The notes: generated by a model from the letters alone, not told the origin. A stretch of 61,961 nt of DNA from Chiloscyllium plagiosum (GCF_004010195.1 NC_057711.1:73039972-73101932); one strand, 5' to 3'; positions 12,811 to 26,622 are shown, counted from the first letter of the stretch. Translations and numbers: made by a program.

Positions 12811-13699
12811 GTGTAAAGTCTATTCTATTTTGAATTAGGTGTCTCGTGCCTTACAGGAAATCAATCATTTCAACTTCCTGGAAAGGAAGCAAAGTAGTTA
12901 ATATTCTAAAAGTATCAAATGGTTTCCTCCCAAGAGATGTCACATTGCATTGCTGTAGATTATTCTGCAGTCAATTTTGACATGTAATAGTGAACACATG
13001 GAAAATAAATATACTTCCTGATGATACACCACCTTCTCTTCACTCACACACATGCACACACAGAGAAAAAAGGAAATAAATACACAAGAAGCTGATCTAA
13101 TCTCTTGCGTGCCTATCATCTTCAAGCAGATGTGGTAAATGAATGCAATTGAGAATTTACCAACAGCATCTGCATTCATAGATCAAATTATTGGCTTAAG
13201 CTTAAATGGTAAAAATTAGACACTTACTCACAAAAGAAAGTCTGAAGGATAGGCCCAAAATTGGTACTGTAGAATATTTCATAAGTTGCGATTATATTAT
13301 GGTGCAAGGCTCTCAGTAAGAGTACCAAATTATATTTAAATAAAGCTACAAAATAGTCTTTACCTTGAGTAAGAGTGAAAATCCCATGGGACTACCTTAT
13401 CAAGCTGCACTTTTCAATGTCGGTCACATCTGAGGTACTTAGCAGCTCTATTTATCTCGTCATTTACACACAACTACTGATCATATTTTCAGCTTGCATT
13501 AAAAATTTAGCTGGGCAAGTGACTCAAATGGAATTTTCTAGGATTATTTGGTTCTGCACTGGAAGATATTAAGTTGGAAAAGTGTACAGTTTTCTCATTT
13601 GAAAACTGTTATTTTACATTTTACCACATGCAGGTTTATGCAATTTAATGAAAGCAAGATATTGCTGGTACAGGAATTCTAAGATAACAATAGATGATC

Positions 13700-14460
13700 C
13701 CTGAAATGCAGAATATTGTCGTCCTCACCTTCCATCACACCAGTCTCCATTTTCCAAGGATCATCCTCTGCTATTTCCGCCACCAACTGCATCCTCCCCT
13801 CCCTTCCACTGTTAGCATTCCACAGGGCCCATTCCTTCCAGGTCATCCTAGTTCAGTCTCCCAAGACTTCAACACTTCCTCACCAACACCCCTCGCACCT
13901 TTCCACACAGTTGCAGAAGATGTAACACTTGACCACTGACCTCCTACCTCTTCACTGTCCAAGGAGCCAAACACTTTCCACACAAAGCAGCATTTTCCTT
14001 GTACTTCTTTCAACTAATCTATCAAATTCAATTATCAGAATGTGGTCTTCTTTAAAACAGTGAGACCAAGCACAGACTGGGTGTCTACTTTGTGGAACAT
14101 CTTCACTCTGTCCTTGGGAAAGACTCTCATCTTCCAAATAATTATTATTTCAATGAAATACCATGCACCTAGGTTAACATTATTATCTTGGACCTGCTAC
14201 AGTATTCCAAAGCTTAATGCAAGCTAAAGGAACAACACTTCATTTTCCACTTATAGATACTTTGCAGCTTCAAGGACTCAACACTGAATTCAACAATTTC
14301 AGAGCATGATCTTTATCCTCCATTTTGATTGCAATCAAAACCACCATTTCCTAACCCTTTGCAGTTCTGAAGCAGGTTAAATCAGACTCAAAATGTTAAC
14401 TCTGTTTCTCTCTTCACTGATGCTGCCAGAAATGCTGAGGATCTCCAGCATTTGTAGTTT
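13700..14460 (+). mobile_element. Degenerate Penelope-like element 3' part (GIY-YIG region plus terminus)
   Basis: Collinear with 18072-19650: Cys-rich linker, CG---ET motif, LQ--GLN-EF-like end, terminal gatgctgccaga..gctgag. Confidence 0.65.
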
Positions 14461-14654
14461 TATGTGCAATTTCATGTTTAGTTCACTTCATAAATATACT
14501 GCTCTGTTCAATTCATTGGTCTCACAAATATCATTCTGCATCAGAGATCGAGGGGAACTCAGAACAGCCATTCAAAACACTATCAAATTAGGAGATAAGA
14601 AGAAAACTAGTTCCAGTTCACCAATATACACAGTTAAGGATATCCTCTGACACT

Positions 14655-15410
14655 GGGAGAAGGTGCCTGGTGAGAATTTAGGCGATGATATTCCTGGCGA
14701 TGGAGTATCAGGAGATTCGGTAGTTTCTACAGTCTACTTTGTCTCCTTTCTTGAAGCTGGTGGAGATGGCAGCATTCCTGAGGGATTTCTTATTCATCCC
14801 ATATTTTCAGGAACAGTTGAAGAAGATGACAAGTAAACTCTGCTCCTCCAAGTTTGAAAATCTCTGCTGGAGTCCGGTCTACTCCTGTGGTTTTTCCATT
14901 CTTCATGTGACTTTTGGCGGCTTTAATTTCTGCCATACTAGTTGGGAGACAGTGAGGACTGCAGATGCGGGAGATCAGAGTCGAGTGTTATGGTGCTGGA
15001 AAACAAGGTGGGAGTCCTTAGTAGTAGTCCAAGCTCAGCCTTGATGGGGAGTTGGGGGGATATCCACAAACACATCCTCATCCATAATTGCATCACAGTT
15101 TAATAGTTCTTTCAGGTGTTCTCTCCATCAGAAGCTGGTGTCTTCTCTGGCTCTTAAAAGTTGCCATCCTTACTCTGCACCAGTTTCGGGCCAAGGGTGT
15201 TGGGTCCTTATAATGCCTTGATGGCATTGAAGAAATCCCAGCGTCATGTTAGTCAGCAAGGAGTTACAGATCCTTAAGCTTTCTCAGTGCACCAATGGTT
15301 CTTGATTTACCTCATTCTCCATTGTAACTGCACCTTTACTGCTTGATGAGTTCTCCTCTTTGCCTCGCTAGTGTTGTTGTTTTGCCAGGCTTGGAGGAAA
15401 CTCCTGGAGG
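14655..15410 (-). mobile_element. RTE-clade LINE fragment, interrupted by a PLE terminal piece at ~14945-15005
   Basis: Minus translation gives FFNAIKAL*GP, WREHLKELLNCDA and FKKGDKVDCRNYR. Confidence 0.7.
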
Positions 15411-15817
15411 AACGGGCACATTTCTTCAAGACCAATTGGTTAAAAAGTATGAAAAAGGAATCAGAGAAAGGAATGCCAACAATTTATAATGTCAAGTATC
15501 ACCTTCACTTCCACCCACTAAATGTGTGGTTGGAGAAGTGGTTCTAGGATTGGGCTTATCAGCCGCACCAGGACCAGTGACACGGAATTTCCTACATGGA
15601 CACTCACACTCGTTAGCGAGTGATTATCAACAACGATATTACGCAGTGCAAAATGTGGATAAGCCCTAGGGTACTATGTCATCCCCTGAAGAAGCTACTT
15701 TAATAATTTTTGCCATCAAGAACTCAAAAGGAAAGAATTACATTTTTAAGACAAAATTTTTTAAAAATCTGTTCAACAAAGCAAGACCTCAAATTAATAA
15801 TTTCAAAAACACCAGGT

Positions 15818-15823
15818 TTTATT
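15818..15823 (-). promoter_or_regulatory. Probable ALDH7A1 polyadenylation signal (AATAAA)
   Basis: Minus-strand AATAAA about 250 nt after the stop codon, followed by T/GT-rich sequence. Confidence 0.55.
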
Positions 15824-16072
15824 TCCATCTTAGGTACTATTGTCAGGAAAGAAATACATGAGCTTTCGAATCAGCAGAAACAAAAAAAAAGTGATTCGTA
15901 GAATTTCACACACCTGAAAAATGAAAGAGTTTATAAAAGCCCATTTCTGATAAATCATAGGTATAGTTATTCCACATCATTCACATGATCTTATTCCTCT
16001 GCTGCAAAATAGCCTAATTTTCTTGTTCCTCGGTGGAACGCTTGAGTGCTGCAAAAGTGTCAGTGGCTCTCA

Positions 16073-16127
16073 TTACTCAAACTTGATTCCTTGAGCTAGA
16101 GGAAGTTCCTTGCTATAGTTGATGGTG
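16073..16127 (-). CDS. ALDH7A1: ALDH7A1 terminal coding exon ~18 (55 nt CDS): TINYSKELPLAQGIKFE*
   Basis: ttag|CACC...GAG TAA; typical antiquitin C-terminus. Confidence 0.97.
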
Positions 16128-17049
16128 CTAAGGGGAGACAAAGAAAGGGTTACTTGTAATCAATGAAGCAATAATATCTGAGGTAAGGAATTTTTCAGAA
16201 AAATCTGCAGGACCCTCAAACTAACATAATGGGGCTATCATTGGTTAACTCTGGACATAGACAGGGGGAAAAAAAACATTAAAAAAAATTTTGAAGGAGC
16301 TTTGTTAATTTTGGATGAGGCTTTGAAGTTTACAGCATCTCCTAAAAATGGGGGGGGGGGGGTTCTTATATTTTGCTTTATTGTGACAGTAACTACAATA
16401 ACACATACAAAAGCAAGGATATTTTGAGAATAGATTAAAATGGGAGATGTAAGATTAAGTCAGTAAAATGCACAAAGTGTTGGGAAGGCTCGAGTATTAA
16501 TTAGCATCTTTGCTGATCTTGAAAGATTAAAAAAAACTAATTTTAATATGAAATTCTACACCTTAAAGTGAAATAGAAATAGGTTCTGTAGCTTAAAAAC
16601 AATTGACTGAATGCACTTAAAAAAAATTCCACAGGACGTTAAGACAGGTTTCTTGTTCACTAACATCAAGCTTTTAACTACTACATACACTATCCTGGAA
16701 CAAGTTATTTTGTACAGCGATGAAATCTCATCTTAAAATCCTGATCCCAGAAATTCCACCCAGCTCCTAGAAAATCCAAAGTTTCACAATTGTTTTACTG
16801 ACACCTATAGGTCAAGTTTGCATCTCCACATTCAGAATAACAACTTGTGTTGATGTAGGGGCTTTAATGTAGAAAAACCACCCAAAGCACTTCACGTAAG
16901 CATCATGACAAATATGGACACAGGCAATCAGAGTCAGAGTCATAAACAGGAGAGGCCCACAGCCTGATGAAAATTCTGGGTTATAAAAGGTCTTAAAAGG
17001 AGAGAAAAATGGAAAAGTGAAGCATTTCATCAAGAGAAACATCAAGGGG

Positions 17050-17390
17050 AGGATATTATTGCTGGACTGTTAGTTCAGACATCCAGGGGACCTGAATTTG
17101 AATCTATCCATTGCAGTTGGTGGAATTTGAATTCAATAAAAATCTGGAATTAAGAGTCTAATAATGACCATCAATTTATTGGGGATTGCCCAGAAAAACT
17201 CATCTAGTTCATGGATGTCCTTTACGGAAGGAAACTACCACTCTTACCTGGTCTGGCCTAATGTGATTCCAGACCCACAGCAATGTGGCTGACTCTCAAC
17301 TACCCTCTCAGCAATTAGGGGTGGGCAATAAATGCTGGCCCAGCTAGAGACACGCTTATCATGTAAATGAATAAGAAATAAAAATAAAGA
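17050..17390 (+). mobile_element. tRNA-derived elasmobranch SINE (second family); related pieces at ~21220-21385(-), 38945-39085(+), 52720-52860(-)
   Basis: Shared body ggtggaatttgaattcaataaaaatctggaatt and tail gggcaataaatgctggcc..tgaataa. Confidence 0.6.
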
Positions 17391-18071
17391 ATCAAATTTC
17401 AGAGAATGAAATCTTGGTGACTGCCAACAGTGAGGAATAAATGAAATTACACAGAAATCTAGGAAGAGAGATCAGTGGTAGGCATTTAATATTAAGCCTA
17501 GAGAACATCACAGAGTTAGGGAGGTGCAAGTGAGCAATTTAAACAAGATGAGAATCTTAAAATGCTGCTCTTTCCCAGGATAGGTCAACAAGTTCAGACA
17601 TAACAGATTTGTACGGGGTGAGATTCAGACCATTGCATTTTTGGATAAGTTGAGAATGAGAAATTCTGAAGGTTAAAAAGAGCAGCAAGAATAGCATTGG
17701 AATAATGGGGATTGGAAGGTGTGGAAGCTACCAGCAGCAATAGTGGTCTTTGTAATGAAAATATATGGAGTGACGCTCAACTCAGGATTAATTAGAACAA
17801 GAAAGTTGGCAGGAGGAGATGAAGACAATGACATTTCGAATAATTAAATGGAGCAAATTGTGACTCAAAATCTGAATGTTGGAAAGGCAGTGCATAGTGA
17901 CATGGGTTAAGAGTTAAAACTGAGTCTTAACAGCTTAAAATATGTCTTCCAAAGATAACACTAAGGGCAACATATGCATGAAGATGATGAGGACAAAGGA
18001 TAAATCCCAAATATGTTCTAATAACATTGTGGGAAATGGACAGGACTAACGGATTGACTAATATGAGGGAA

Positions 18072-19650
18072 GAGTTGAAGTGTGTGGTGCTGAAAAAGCG
18101 CAGCCAGTCAGGCAGCATCCGATGAGCAGGCGAATCGACATTTCGGGCATAAACTCTTCATCTGGAATGAGGCTTGTGGCCTAAGGGGACTGAGAGATAA
18201 ATGGAAGGGGGTGGGGCTGGGCGGAAGATAGCTGGGAATGCGATAGGTAGATGAAGGTGGGGGTGATAGTGATAGGTTAGAGAGGAGGGTGGAACAGATA
18301 GGTGGGAAGGAAGATGGGCAGGTAGGACAGGGCAAGAGCCGGGTGCCAAGTGGAAGGCTGGATCTAGGATTAGGCTGATAAGGAAACTGGTGAAATCCAC
18401 ATTTATCGCGTGCGGTTGGAGGGTCCCAAGGTGGAAGATCAAGTGTGCTTCCTCCAGGCAATGGGTGCTTAGTGTTGGACTGTGGAGGCGGCCCAGGACT
18501 TGCATGTTCTTGACGGAGTGGGAGAGGGGGTTAAAGCATTCAGCCATGGGACAGTGGGGTTGTTTCGTGCGTGTCTCCCAGCGATGTTTTTTGAAATGTT
18601 CTGCAATTAGGCATCCTGTCTCCCCAACATAGATGAGACCACATTGGGAGCAACAGACACAGTAGATGAGGTGTGTGGAAGTACAGGTAAATCTCGGTCA
18701 GATGTGGAAGGATCCTTTGGATGGAAGTAAGGGGGGAGGTGTGGGTGCAGTTTTTGTACTTCTTGTGGTGGCAGGGGAACGTGCTGGGATGGGAGGGTAG
18801 GCGTGGACCTTACAAGGGAGTTGCAGAGGGAATGGTTTCTCTGGAAGGCAGATATGGGTAGGGAGGGAAATATATCCCTGGTGGTGGGGTATGTTTATAG
18901 GTGGTGGAAATGGTGGTGGATGATGTGGTGCATCTGGAGGTTGGTGGGGTGGACAGTATGAACCAGGGAGTTCTATCCTTGTTGCAATTGGAGGGGTGGG
19001 ATTCAAGGGTGGAGATGCGGGAAGCGGAGGAGACGTGCTGGAGAGCATTGTTGACCACGTGGGAGGGAAATTGCAGTCTTTGAAGGAGGTCATCTGGGAC
19101 GCCAACTTGCAAAACATTTCAGAGAACACCTCGGGGACATATCCACTAAACAACCCCACACCCCCATGGACGAACACTAACTCCACCTCCCACTCCACCA
19201 AGGACATGCAAGTCCTGGGTCTCCTCCACCGCCAAACCCTAACCACCCGCCGCCTGGAGGAAGAATGCCTCATCTTCTGCCTTGGGACCCTCCAACCACA
19301 CAGGATCAATGTGGATTTCACCAGTTTCCTCATTTCCCCTCCCCCACCTAATTCCAGATCCAGCCTTCCAACTTGGCACCGCCCTCTTGACCTGTCCTAC
19401 CTACCCATCTTCCTTCTCACCAATCCGCTCCACCCTGCTCTCCGACCTATCACCTTCAGCCCCACCTTCATCTACCTATCTCATTTCCAGCTACATTCCC
19501 CCAGCCCCACCCCCCTTCCCATTTATCTCTCAGCCCCCTTAGGTCACAAGCCTCATTACTAGTGAAGGACTTATGCCCGAAACATCGATTCTCCTGCTCC
19601 TCGAATGCTGCCTGACTGATCTCCAGCATCTGCAGTCCTCACTTTCTCCT
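18072..19650. mobile_element. Penelope-like element: minus-strand GIY-YIG body (18072-~19095) joined to an inverted plus-strand copy of its 3' end (~19096-19650)
   Basis: CCSQCGLIYVGETG and HS..MQVLG..LEE..LIF.LGTLQPH.INVDF on minus, the latter repeated on plus; Cys-containing linker; imperfect flanking duplication ctaata(tg)agggaa. Confidence 0.85.
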
Positions 19651-19829
19651 AATAAGGGAAACCAGATGGGTGTGATCTCATTAGGAAAGATTAAAAAGAG
19701 AATAGGTAATATACTCAGCCATGCCAAAGACTGTTAGATTAATTAGTAGATAAAGATTACAGTCTGTCAGATCGATTTGCAGTTGGTAGTGGGAGATGAG
19801 CCAACACCACCTCACAAGACAACACACTC

Positions 19830-20815
19830 ATTCCAGGTATCAGTCAAGTAAATCTTCTCTCAACTGCCTCCAACAAAATGTACATCCTTTCGTAAATAAA
19901 GTGACTATTTCTGTATGCAGCATGGCAGGTATGGTCTCACCAGCGTCCTGTACAACCAAACATGACCAACCTACTTTCACATTCCCCTCATAGTAAACAA
20001 AACCAATCTATTAACATTCCTGATTACTTGCTAACTTGCATACTAACTTTCAAAATAGGAGTACAAGAACACCTAGATCCCTCTGCATTTCAGAGTTATT
20101 TAATTTTTTACCATTCAGGTAACATGGTTCTTTTGCATTCTTTCAGTCGATGTCTCTTGTCCAGTTCCCTCATGTCCTTTTCACAATTTACTCTTCTATC
20201 TTACATTAATAGCAACTTTAGCAACCATATTGCCAATCCCTTTCTCCAAGCTGTTGATATAAATTGAGGCCGCAGCAATGATTCCTGTGGCACACTGCTC
20301 GTTATATCTTGCCATCCACAAACAGATTTATTAATGCATCCTCTGCATATGTTGTTGGCAAGCCCAACTTCCATCTATGCCAGTATGTTACCCCTATACC
20401 ATGAGCTCCTTTTTCCAAAATAGCCTTTCATATGGCACCTTATGAAATGTCTTTTGTGAGATTTAAGTACACCACATCAATCAGATCCCCTTTATACACA
20501 GGCATGCCACATCCTCAAAGAACTCCAATATTTTGGTTAAACATAACTTCTGTTTCACAAATCCATGTTGGCTCTGACTGACGACCTTAAATTGTACTAA
20601 ATGCCCTGCTATAATGTCTTTAATAAGACATTCAAATATTTTTCTTATGACAGACGTTAGGGGAACTGCCTTAGATTCTGGCTCTCCATTTTTGAATAAA
20701 ACATCTTCCAATTTAATCGAACCTTGCCAAAATCTAGGGAGTTTTCAAAAATTAGAACCAACAAATCAACTATCCAGCTACATTTTTAAAGACACTAGAA
20801 TGAAGTCCATCAAGA
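19830..20815 (-). mobile_element. Old CR1 LINE fragment
   Basis: LTSVIRKIFE..SQHGFVK..CLTKILEFFEDV in the ORF track. Confidence 0.8.
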
Positions 20816-21816
20816 AGATACAGAAGTGGAGAGATGTCATTAAATATCCTGCAATAGGAGAAAGTAACTAGGCCATAGCATAGGGCCAGCAGGCTGCGGC
20901 AAAAACGATAGTATGAAGCAAATGGAGAAGGCAATGCTGAGCAAGATGTGGCAGAAATACTCAATGTTTGGAGATTCAATATTCTGGGTCCTGGCTTGTG
21001 ATACTATGTCCAAATCTTCCAATCTGGGTCATAATCCCTATTTCCAACGTAGATCAAACTAAAAGTTGCCCAGTTACCTTTGGAGAGGCTTTCCGGCTAA
21101 ACCTCCAAGCCAGGAGCCACCTCCTCCAAAGCTGTACACACCTGTCCAGGAATCCATACAGGCAGTAGAGTGATCACAGAGTAATGAAGGGTCAATCACA
21201 GTTCTATAGTTCTGGAGTCTCATGTAGACCAGACCGGGTAATATTTGCTACTCTAAAGAATACTAGTGAACAAGATGGTTTTTGGACAATGTAAATGGTT
21301 ACATGGTCATCATCATGCTAGCTTTTTATTCCAGTTGAATTCAAATTTCACCCGTCTGCCATGGTAAGATTCAAACCTATCTGTGCTGAATAGATTAGAT
21401 GAGGAATAATTAGGAGAATGCAAAACTAGGGGCTGTGAATAAAGGCTAGTTACTAAGAACAAATCCAGTAGTGAAGTAAGAAGACATTATTGGACTGAGC
21501 GGTTAGAATGTGAAACTCACTACAACAAGTGGTGAATATAAATAGCTTAGATGCTTTTGAACAGATTAAGGCAAGAACATCATGGTGGAGACCTAACCAG
21601 TCAAGAAGGTAGAGCAGTGTCTGGCAGATATGCTGGTGAAATTCAGTGTTGATCTTAACTTAGGAATGTTTTTTTCTGTTATTTTTTAAGTGGCTTGTTT
21701 GGCCTATTGGTTTTGGTACAGGAATGGGTAGAGGAACGGCGAGTGATGCAGGAATGGGTAGAGGAACGGTCTATGCTAACTGCCAGAATGATTGACAATC
21801 TCCACACTGTAGTGGT

Positions 21817-22036
21817 TGTAACGAGGTCAGCCAGGTTGCCCTCACAGAATAAGAGTTCCCTGATTGGACCAGATTAACAGCCATAATCAGAGAGCCCTTG
21901 CCAACAGATTTAAGTCAGCAATTCTGTTCACTCTGACAACTGGCTCTGAGGGATCTGGATAAATATCAAGGACTCTCCATAAGTAAATAAAGGGTGACTT
22001 GGTGACGGGTTACTGGCCTCTAGTGGAGTTATTTCA
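21817..22036 (+). repeat. Candidate solo LTR (220 bp)
   Basis: TGTAAC...TTTCA termini with AATAAA ~50 nt before the end; no clear TSD. Confidence 0.45.
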
Positions 22037-23209
22037 CGTATCCCACACATGGAAAAAATTGGCAAAGTGAGTAGAGAACCAATCTCCTTAGGATGATTTT
22101 CTCAGCTTTAGTACTTCCTACACAGATCCAATCCCTTGTGGATCAATTCTACCCGTGTGTAAGTAACAAAAATTCTTATTGCTGTGCTGTATTTAGCTTC
22201 ACTTCGAGTTATCCATTAATGTCATCATTAATCTTTTAAAAAGCCACTGGCTCCTAAAACAGCAAATGCTTGTTGGGTTGAATGGCATGTTTGTGTGTTG
22301 TACTTTCCATGCAGATCTGTGTAACCCACAGGCAAACCCAACAGGTCAGGACAGGACTGCTAGGCTTCAGGCTTCAAATGGGTGGAGCAGCAGCATGGCA
22401 AGTATCTGGGGAGCAAGTGGGGAAAGGACAAACTACTGTTAAATAAATGGACTGCTGCCACCGTCTTTAACAATGACATGAGGAGGACAGGCAGAGTTCC
22501 TGTAAAATTTCCAGTTAAGCTAAAGTGTTCAAAACATTTCCTTTAAAATTATGCAGCAATGAAACTATCATTTGAAAATTTACATTTTGACACTTTGGAT
22601 CTAAATCCTGCTCATTGAGTTTACAGCAACAAGATGAAGGAAAAGGATTGTCAAAAAATGTAAAATTTTTGAAGTTCTTAGTTGGTTTGTGAAGTTGTGG
22701 TTTAAAATCAAATGTATTTTTTCCCCAATGTCAGCATATTCAGTCTCCTTTCTGGTGTTTAATTGGCATTTTGCCAATTAGTTCATTAGGATTTGCTGCT
22801 TTACAAATCAAAAATTGGGCAAATACTTTGTATATATTCACTAAGCAAACAATGCATGAAATATCTCTGTCGACTTATCTCTGTATACATACAGCACTTG
22901 AACATGTGCCACATCCAAGTGTGACATCTGAAAATTCAACAATACATTTTACTTCAAAGCATGGCTTTAAAAAAAGGGAACGTAAAGAAACATTTACACC
23001 AAAGGGAATGTGACTTGGTATATCTACTGCCTTTTTCTGAAGTTCCTGTTTTAGAGAATAAAGCTCAGATTTCTAGTTTCAAGAATGTCAACCAATGTAC
23101 AGATAAGCCTAAAATATGAAGTTTAAAGTTCTTCAGTGTGTTTTTTTTAAAATCTGTTTTGTTACCTGATGATATTCAAGTAATGAAGATGAACAACACA
23201 TTTACATAC

Positions 23210-23285
23210 CAGGTAGACCTCCTCATATAGTGTTTCCAAGCATCACTGCCAGACTCTCTACCACCACCAGTATGTTTTTCTCCAC
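23210..23285 (-). CDS. ALDH7A1: ALDH7A1 exon ~17 (76 nt): [24 protein letters not shown](C)
   Basis: ttag|GTGG...CCTG|gtatgt. Confidence 0.97.
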
Positions 23286-24439
23286 CTAAAAACATCAGAA
23301 AAAAAAACTATTTCAATTTCCTTAACTTTGTAAATCAAAAGCATATCTGTTTTTAGAAGCAGTAGTGCCTTGTATCATTATCTTTTGCAGGGATCAACGG
23401 TATCATTGAGTGACAAGGGGTGAGGGGTTTAATTGTAACCCACTTCTTGCCCTCAGATATACAAAAATGCGTTTGGATTCAGATGGCAAGCTAAAATGTT
23501 AAAATGCTGAAACAGAACTCACTGGAGGCAGCACAAGGGGAAGGCAAATAACTCTTCCTTAGGAGCAGGGAGCAAGGACTATGTCATTGAAACCTTTGCA
23601 AAGAGGCTTATTATTTCTGTTCTCAATTCACCTTGGTACGTTTTCACAGAGCTCCGGAAACAGTACAAGTAGAAGGGAAGGTGAAAGGCTGAATACATGA
23701 GGGAAGTGTATTTATAGCACAGCTTCTGTGCTCTGAGTAGCAGTGCTTTTTCATGGCCCCACTTGCAAACCTATACATAACCACCTATCTCTACAATCTA
23801 TTGACACCCCTCACCCTTCCATTATCAACCCAAAACCAATATCCTCATCCAATCTCGCTGCAACCCACCCAGCCTTCATCCTCCACTGATCATCACCGCA
23901 CATTCCAACCACATTTTGGCACCCCAACCCAATTCCTCAGAATATCAAACCTAATAATCAGAAATCATAACCAAGACTGTGACCTTGTCTGACGATTTTT
24001 GCCACCCAACAAAAACCTAAAACCCATGAGTCAATCAAGCTAGTTTCAGGGTAGGGATCCTGCTCAAAAAAGACAACACTGCTGCAGAGTTAAAGCTCCA
24101 GAGCATTAGTGGCCATAACTCCTCTCTCCTGCTCCAAACCCCTGCCCAGTAAATATCAGGGTCAAAAATTCCAAAGGAGCATCCTTAAAGAGGTGAGGAT
24201 GCTGCAAATCACGGTACTGCTGATGGAGCAAATGAGAGGTTTGCAGGAGGTCCTGGCAAACATCAAGATTTATGCCAGGAATAAAGAACAAGAGTTTCAA
24301 AAATGTTTTGGAAGCCATTTCTCAAATGGTGGAAAGATTGTCACAGCTCTTAAACTTGAATAGCCATATTTAAAGTACTTTGACACTGCATCGTATTAAT
24401 GAGGAAAACTTTCATTTCCTTTAATAGAAATCAGTACTG

Positions 24440-25020
24440 GGAGCATCTTAAACAAGTTTGGGAAACTAGATTCGGCAATAGATTCCAGCTTTATAGGGGA
24501 CAGACAAGTGTTTTTGTGGCCGTAGATGTTTTTCAGGCTGGTGCATTGCCTTCTCGGTGCTACGTTAAGGATGTCACAATGCGACATCTTTTGAGGGAGG
24601 GAGAACAGCTTTTATTTTGCATATTAGAACTAATAATCTGGGTGGGAAGTAAAATGTGACCCTGCAGAAAGTTAGCAAGCAAGACCTCTTATGTAGTAAT
24701 CTCCAGGTTACTGCCAGTCCCACATACAAGTATGAAGAGAAACAGAAGTTAATACAGAGTTGAACACTAGCTGCAAACATGGTACAGGAGGGAGGGCTTC
24801 AGATCCCTGAGGCACTGGCACTTGTTCTGGGAAAGAAGGCACCTGTATAAGATGGAGGCGCTGCACCCCAACAGAGCGGGGACAGAGTTCCTTGCAGGGT
24901 GTTTTGCAAATGCCACAGGAAGACTTTTAAACAATTCAGCAGGGGTGTGGGTTCCAAAAGAGAATATTATAGAGGAACAATAGGGTGCACAAAATACCTA
25001 GAGAAGGATAGCATCAAAGA
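24440..25020 (+). mobile_element. Old CR1 5'/ORF1 (esterase-like) fragment
   Basis: Decayed VHCL-GA-VKDV and F-RHW-like motifs typical of CR1 ORF1. Confidence 0.4.
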
Positions 25021-25389
25021 ATTGAATATTTTGTAGCACAGAGGGTATCAAAATTGCTTGAGGTTGGTTGAATACAGCAGAGGAGAAAGTGAGGTCTGCA
25101 GATAGCAATAAAGTTTCAACACTGAATACAGCAGAGGATCTATTCTGGGCATTCATTGTCCTTTACAACATGAACTATACAATTTATTAAGATTTACTGC
25201 AGCTGCATATATATCATCACTTAAGTGGAAATAAACTAAATGTGTACTTGATCTACAGGTTATTAATCATGCAACATATTTCAAATATATTTTAAGACTT
25301 CTTTGTGATACGACAAATATAATTTCAAAACTACTCTTACTTTAAATCCCTATGAAATCATGTGCCATTCAAAAAAGTCAGGTAAACTA

Positions 25390-25518
<129 letters not shown>

Positions 25519-26075
25519 TCAAGAAATAGATGATACACTGAATGTTACATCTGAACATTTTTTTTTTCAAATCCACTATTTTGCATCGTGCATTAGTAAA
25601 ACCATTTCCAACTCTAACCTGCTGCATTTTGCATATGATAGAAAATATAATGTGATAAAGCAAAGATGAACAATTCGAAATCTGGAAGATTGCACATATA
25701 CAATTACTCGTTGAGCATAATTTAAGAAAACGTTGATGAGCCGAATGTAAGTAAAATTTTAAAATAAAGTCAGATGACACCTGGCTTATTGTAGTTCCAA
25801 TCATTTACATTTTTTTCCACAATTTAGAAGTCACTGTTCCAAAATAAAAATGAATGTTCGTGTTTAAAACCAAATTGCATAGTTAAAACCTGTACATGGG
25901 GTGAGGAGCGGAGGAGAGTGAGAACATTGCATTGGTTCTTGTGTGTCGAACCAATGGCAGCTTATTTTATTTTTTAAATTTTATTTTACAAAGAGCTGTA
26001 TTAGTACAATACATCTGACTCCCACACATCCACTTTTTAAAACCATTGTCACAAGAAATGAATAAAAACTCTTAC

Positions 26076-26173
26076 CCCATCCAACGGAACATTCTGCCTA
26101 CATCCTTGGTGAAGATGCTACTGGAGAGCCCCTGTTTAACTTCATTGTTCCACGCAAATGCCTCTTCTTCAGA
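26076..26173 (-). CDS. ALDH7A1: ALDH7A1 exon ~15 (98 nt): [32 protein letters not shown](G)
   Basis: acag|TCT...TGGG|gtaaga. Confidence 0.97.
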
Positions 26174-26505
26174 CTGTAAAAACAATTCAGTGTTCAGAGA
26201 CGTAAAGCAGTGTGCAAAAGCTCATAACACAGAAAACAACATATTGACACCAAACAGCTGTGTGTTACAAATCAATTCAGAATGGTGTGCAAGGCTTTTG
26301 TGTGAGCCATTGCACATTAACCAAAATGCTCCACAAGTTCTTGTGCAATTATAAAAACTCAAACAACTGTAATAGAATTCTTCAATTGCAAAGAGTCAGT
26401 ACTTTACTTCAAAACAGAGCCATTCAAATCTAAATTGAGATTGTGCAAAAGGTTCATTTGTCCAGTGTTCCATCACATTCCATTTTAAACATAAACTAGC
26501 TTTAC

Positions 26506-26622
26506 CTTAAATTTAAGAACATACAGAATGGGAGCAAATGTCTCAGTGTGAACAATTGATGCATCGTGGGGAAGTCCAGTCACAATAGTTGGTTCCACAT
26601 AGTTCCCTGGACGATTAATCAC
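26506..26622 (-). CDS. ALDH7A1: ALDH7A1 exon ~14 (117 nt): [39 protein letters not shown]
   Basis: acag|GTG...AAG|gtaaag. Confidence 0.97.

Noticed and set aside
9500..13690. Possible exons of a neighbouring protein-coding gene left of ALDH7A1
   Set aside because: I found no splice-bounded open frame with recognisable protein similarity on either strand.
15607..15622. Small hairpin cactcg-ttag-cgagtg downstream of the poly(A) signal
   Set aside because: A 6-bp stem is expected by chance and has no supporting context.
16350..16362. Poly-G run in the last intron
   Set aside because: Simple homopolymer with no evidence of function.
18698..19333. 211-aa and neighbouring Pro/His-rich ORFs
   Set aside because: Off-frame or antisense readings across the inverted PLE junction; not a host gene.
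21719..21769. 21-bp direct repeat caggaatgggtagaggaacgg with a 9-nt spacer
   Set aside because: Only two units, a very short spacer and no cas genes in a vertebrate intron; a local duplication, not CRISPR.
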